In this document: positions 59,017 to 64,000 of the stretch, piece by piece
Position numbering within the stretch: position 1 is the first letter of the stretch
Layout: each line of letters begins with the position of its first letter
DNA from: Octopus bimaculoides
Lineage: Eukaryota
Length of the DNA stretch: 64,000 nucleotides
NCBI RefSeq assembly: GCF_001194135.2
Contig: NC_069004.1
Location: 10,318,109 to 10,382,108 of the forward strand
Direction: 5' to 3'
Made by a program: the position numbers and the translations under genes
The notes under the pieces: generated by a model
The model's database searches: none
What the model saw: the letters and a program-made list of their open reading frames with translations, nothing else
What the model was told of the DNA's origin: nothing

Positions 59017-60135
59017 GGAGCTGGACAAAATAATGTAAGATTTTCTATTGGCAATGAGACAAAATCAAAACTATTCAAGTCTGTATATTTGTGTTCATAT
59101 GCATTATGTATACCTCATACTATATATCATGACATAGCTCTATTTTTTTTCAGATATTTATATTTACATAAGTTAAAATGCATACCTTATCTGATTTCCC
59201 ATGAGGATAAATTGCTGGAGTACAGTCACTAAAACTATTAAATTGTTCAATGTTTTGAGAATTATGTTGGCATTCCCAAATCAAGTACAACCAGCTCTAG
59301 TGAGTATAATTCTGGAGAAAGCAAAATTAACCAACTATAGCAGCAAAAAAAAAGAGAGTAGAGCTAAACCATCACTTTACCAACCCTGTGTACCAATGAG
59401 CTCCATAAAACTGGATACCATAAGAAGGCTGCAACCCTCATCAAGATTGATAAGCAGAAAAAAATGGTGTCTAGACTATTAGAAGTGGCCAATGGGACAA
59501 TGTCATCTTCTCTGATGAATCCATCGGTCGCTCATTTTCCCCACTTGGGGGCAAGTTTCTCTCTGAAGACAATCCTAAGAAATCTTCAGCAATGACTGTT
59601 TGGCTCCTTCTCTGAAGCATGGGGGTGGCTCTGTGGCGATTTGGGCTGCCATTTCACAGAATTCTTGCAGCCCTTCTGTTGTTCTACATGGCAAAGTTAA
59701 TAATGCCAAAGATAATCTGAGTATTTTGGCCAAGCATTTTGAACCTAAGATACATACATTGTTTCCTGATGGTAGCACAAACTTTCAAAATGATAATGTG
59801 TCAATTCACACAGCTTATGTTATTCAAAATTAGTACAAAGAGCACAAAGGTGGAGTAGACCAATTGGCTTTCCCCACATATATGCAATCACCAGGTCTCA
59901 ATATAATTGAACATTTATGATGCATTTTGGAGCAGCAAGGAGCTGTTTCCCTCTGCCATCATCCTCAAATGAGCTAAAGCAGGTTTTACTAAGAGAATGA
60001 CTCAAAGCTCCCCCAACAATCGTTCAGAACCTGTACAAATCAATTCCTTGATATATTAAAACTGTGATTGATGCCAAAGGTGGACCAACTGTCTATCAAA
60101 TAATAAAAGTTCCATGATTTTGTCCAACCCTTGTG
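59013..60135 (+). mobile_element. Decayed Tc1-family DNA transposon
   Basis: Fragments VIFSDES (about 59502), KHGGGSVAIWAA...FQNDNVSIHT (59600-59833), SPGLNIIEHL (about 59888) mark a DD34E-type transposase; imperfect TIRs ...GGACAAAAT; TA at the right end. Confidence 0.88.
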
Positions 60136-61272
60136 TAGGTGTGTATAATTTTTGGCAGTTTTTCAGTCATTTGTTATTTAAGATAACAAGGTTATTTATA
60201 TATACAGGTAATTTTGGGGGTTTAATTTTGCTGATTAAACCCAAATGAGCTCTAATCAAGAAGTTCTATGATCTAAGACCTTCCAGTCACGACCATCATT
60301 TTAAGACATAAGGCTACATTATCCAACATTCTTTTTTTAACAAAGATAGCCAAGGGTGACATGAAGGAAAATTAGCTGCTATGTCAACCAGTACCTTAAG
60401 AGTGCACTGGCACATCCCACTATCTCTCTCCCTACCTCTGACTAGGGTAGCCATGTATTTCCTACTGCAAGACATCTACTTATATGTCTGTCATACTTAT
60501 TTCTCATCATCTGGTACAAAGTAATCTTCTAAAACTACCACCCCTCTCAAAAGATCTTTGTTTTGCAAGTTACTTGGTGACCTCGCCAGTGCTGGAGCCA
60601 CACAAAAAGCATTCAGTTCACACTGTATTTAATTTGTGGTCCGTGGGAAGAGCCATTTTAACGATGCGCTGCACTAACTCTTCGAAACGCCAGTGTTAGA
60701 ATGGTGGCAGCTGATGAAGGAAATGTTCTCTATGTGGCCTGTGTGTTTTCTGTACCCCGTTTATTATTATTTTTTTGTCTACGTTTTGTTTGCAATGTCC
60801 TGTACCCAGATATGCATCTATATATACAGGTAGATGTAGGTATGTACATACATGTATGTATATATGCATATACTCATTTATTATCTGTATTATTTATATA
60901 TATANNNNNNNNNNNNNNNNNNNNNNNNNNNNNNNNNNNNNNNNNNNNNNNNNNNNNNNNNNNNNNNNNNNNNNNNNNNNNNNNNNNNNNNNNNNNNNNN
61001 NNNNNNNNNNNNNNNNNNNNNNNNNNNNNNNNNNNNNNNNNNNNNNNNNNNNNNNNNNNNNNNNNNNNNNNNNNNNNNNNNNNNNNNNNNNNNNNNNNNN
61101 NNNNNNNNNNNNNNNNNNNNNNNNNNNNNNNNNNNNNNNNNNNNNNNNNNNNNNNNNNNNNNNNNNNNNNNNNNNNNNNNNNNNNNNNNNNNNNNNNNNN
61201 NNNNNNNNNNNNNNNNNNNNNNNNNNNNNNNNNNNNNNNNNNNNNNNNNNNNNNNNNNNNNNNNNNNNNNNN

Positions 61273-61315
<43 letters not shown>

Positions 61316-61994
61316 GAGGGAGTTTGTTAGTTAATATTACGAACTTACTTCCGAGTTGTAACTTTGTTTTATGCATGTTAAAAGAAGATTAATTTTAAAG
61401 CCCGTTTAGGAATGACGACGGAATATTTACAGTTGTATTCTAAAAATAGAGTAAATTCACAATGAAAAAGTTGGTAGGACTTCACGTTTCGTCTAACGGC
61501 TTATTTTAAACATGTCACTTGCCGAGAGATATAGATGGTACTGAACAAACAGAAAGAGAGACTCTCTTCGCACGTTATATGAGAAATAGTAGCGAACATC
61601 CCTCAAATCACATTCTACCGTCTTCAAACAGGAAGGACACACTGGACAATGTAAGTTATAAGATAATGATGCACACTAAACACTCTGTAACATCATAAAT
61701 TTAGTTTCCAGAATGTATACAAAAGCCATGTGGGATGTGTAAGTTTCATAAAGGGTTAAACAAAATACTTGTACATTTCATATAGACAATCACTCCCTCG
61801 ATTTTTCTCTCACCCACCACATACACAATTCTTATTCGATATAGCCTCGAGGGAGGGGATATCAATTCGAAGGGTTTTTTTTATTTGTAAATACAATGGT
61901 TGCTAATTAACTGCCATGTAAAAACGAGAAAGCAGAAGGTAAATAGATAGCCAATAATTGTGTTTGTGTATATAAATATATATATATACATTAC

Positions 61995-62405
61995 CTGTCA
62001 TGGAGTAAACGGAAGTAGCAGACCATCGACTGTTTTAGTTGACAGGAGGACACGGTCGAAAAAACCAAAACAAGTGTACAACGACGAAGAAAGAATCCCT
62101 CATGGATGTTTCTGGTGAAACAAACAAACAGTAGCTCTGCTGTTGTTGTTGTTGTTATTATTGCTAATGATGATGATGATGGTTTGGAACGACTGCGAGA
62201 CAGCTACTACAGTAGTTACGTGATTGGGGGGATGGTAACAGGAGAGAGAGAAGAGAGAGATTCCTGTAGTTATGACCACATGTGTCCGTCACACAGACAA
62301 GACTTACAAAGGATGTGGGGGAGGTCGACCATCGAATTTAAAGGGGAGAAGAGGAAGGGAGAAGAACCATTGCGAGGAGGGTAACAGAATTACTATACCG
62401 GAAGT
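61995..62405 (-). other. UPF2: Probable non-coding first exon (5'UTR) of UPF2; 5' end (TSS) unknown
   Basis: Strong donor CAG|GTAATG at 61995/61994. Exon 2 has an acceptor (TTATCTAG|, exon start 53166) only 18 nt before the ATG, with an in-frame TAA upstream, so an upstream exon is expected. The region retains CpG and carries ETS motifs. Confidence 0.6.
62398..62405 (+). promoter_or_regulatory. ETS/GABP-type motif CCGGAAGT in the putative UPF2 promoter; a second ACGGAAGT lies at about 62009-62016
   Basis: Exact consensus match in a CpG-retaining stretch (about 61380-62420) upstream of the exon-1 donor; typical of housekeeping promoters. Confidence 0.5.
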
Positions 62406-62450
62406 GAGCTTCCACCAACACCGATTCAGACATAAAAACATTCTGAATAT

Positions 62451-62603
62451 AAATAATAAATTTTGCAATTTTTAATTATATAAATAATAAATTTTGCAGA
62501 TTTTAATTATATAAATAATAAATTTTGCAATTTTTAATTATATAAATAATAAATTATGCAGTTTTTAATTATATAAATAATAAATTTTGCAGATTTTAAT
62601 TAA
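62451..62603. repeat. 31-bp AT-rich minisatellite x5
   Basis: AAATAATAAATTTTGCA(A/G)(T/A)TTTTAATTATAT units starting at 62451, 62482, 62513, 62544, 62575. Confidence 0.93.
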
Positions 62604-63457
62604 TATCCGTAACCATATTAATGTTATAAATAATAATTATTATTACTATCATTATTTAATAAATAAATTCAGGAGTATATTGTATAGTAATTATAATTAT
62701 TATGTTTGTCCTATCATTCGTGTGTTCCCACCTATCTCTCGGTTACCTTTTATTTGGAGTTTCGTTTCTTTTATCTCTGCTATTGCCCCTTCCATTATAT
62801 CTTTACATATTGGAACCCAGTTGTCGATATTTCATTTTGGCAAATTCAATAAATACAAGGGAAAAGGAAGGAAAATAACCTGAGTATAATAGAAATATAT
62901 TACAAAATTCTTATTATTGTACCCACCACTCCCGGCTTCGTTTCTTTCTAACTTTTTGAAAAGTGCACTGTTTGTAATTAAGTTTTCTAGATGTACATTT
63001 CAGATGGCATAAATTGGGGGTATTCGGAAAAGGTGAAGTGGAGTTTCGGATAGTTCACACTCTTCGATTCGTTTCCCCCCCCCCAAAAACTCTCTGAAAA
63101 CCGAGATATTTTTGGATAAAATGTTCTACAAATACTTTTCGGATGCTGGAGATCACGAATATGTCGTAATTTGATACGAAAAAAAAAAGAAATTGGAGTG
63201 GAATGGGATATTTCACACACGCCAACTTTTGTTTCACCATACATTTTGATAGTGAGTAAAGTATCTATCTGTAGGATTTCCAGCTTGTGTATTCTTGCAC
63301 TGAATGGGTACTACACAATTTCCTTACATCAATATTTATTCAGGAACAAGAAAAGCATCCGAACAATAATAACACTATTTGTTATGTATAGTATGTACAA
63401 TTTGGTCAGTCAACAATAATCGTTACACATATAACACTCTTCTGTTCTGGTATATAT

Positions 63458-63668
63458 ATTTCTTTATTGCCCACAAGGGGCTAAACAAGGACAGACAAAG
63501 GGATTAAGTCGATTACATCGATCCCAGTGCGTAACTGGTACTTAATTTATCGACCCCGAAAGGATGAAAGGCAAAGTCGACCTCGGCGGAATTTGAACTC
63601 AGAACGTAACGGCAGACGAAATACCGCTAAGCATTTCGCCTGGCGTGCTAACGTTTCTGCCAGCTCGC
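63458..63668 (-). mobile_element. SINE family 2, young
   Basis: Near-identical reverse complement of the 26870 copy. Confidence 0.87.
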
Positions 63669-64000
63669 ATTCGAATAGACATTAACCACGAACATATAAC
63701 ACTATTCTACATATCCATCACCCACCAGCCCCGCATTTACTTTTTTTTCAAATCAAATTCCGATGTAATCGTGATCTACACCATCTGAAACGTACTCGTT
63801 GAGAATTTGAGTTTAGAACATCCAGTTTTCCGACATTTATGAAGAAACATAGTCGGTTTTAGTGGGGAGGGGTTAAAGGCATTTCTGTAGTTATAGCTCC
63901 TATCGTTTATTATTGATGTTAAACTAAAGTATTTTCTGTAAATATTTGTAACAGGTTAAAAATAAGCTGTGTTCTCCCACCACCACTACACATGGCTTTT

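Noticed and set aside
62600-64000. Possible divergent neighbouring gene upstream of UPF2
   Set aside because: Only short AT-rich ORFs and one SINE; no convincing exon or homology within the window.

Overview
AT-rich, microsatellite- and SINE-dense animal genomic DNA with ten assembly gaps. The repeat landscape looks like a coleoid cephalopod, probably Octopus (my inference). Almost the whole window is one minus-strand gene, UPF2 (regulator of nonsense transcripts 2, core NMD factor). I traced by hand 38 coding exons from ATG 53148 to TGA 5653-5655; every intron is GT-AG, every junction is in phase, and the summed CDS is 4095 nt (1364 aa). A probable non-coding first exon ends at 61995, with a CpG-retaining, ETS-motif promoter near 62.0-62.4 kb. 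Introns hold at least three tRNA-headed SINE families, 5'-truncated RTE LINE ends, piggyBac-type (TTAA) and hAT-type MITEs, a decayed Tc1, mariner fragments and a probable non-autonomous Helitron. I found no novel multi-gene system. The best leads concern how UPF2 might be regulated by the pathway it serves: uORFs that span exon 1/exon 2 and overlap the start codon, a terminal intron that gives a stop whether spliced or not, a candidate 3'UTR intron 53 nt after the stop, an 18-nt microexon or recursive splice site, a candidate poison exon, and inverted repeat pairs bracketing exons. All of these are sequence-only hypotheses that need RNA data. Repeat boundaries are approximate (about 10 nt) unless a TSD is given.
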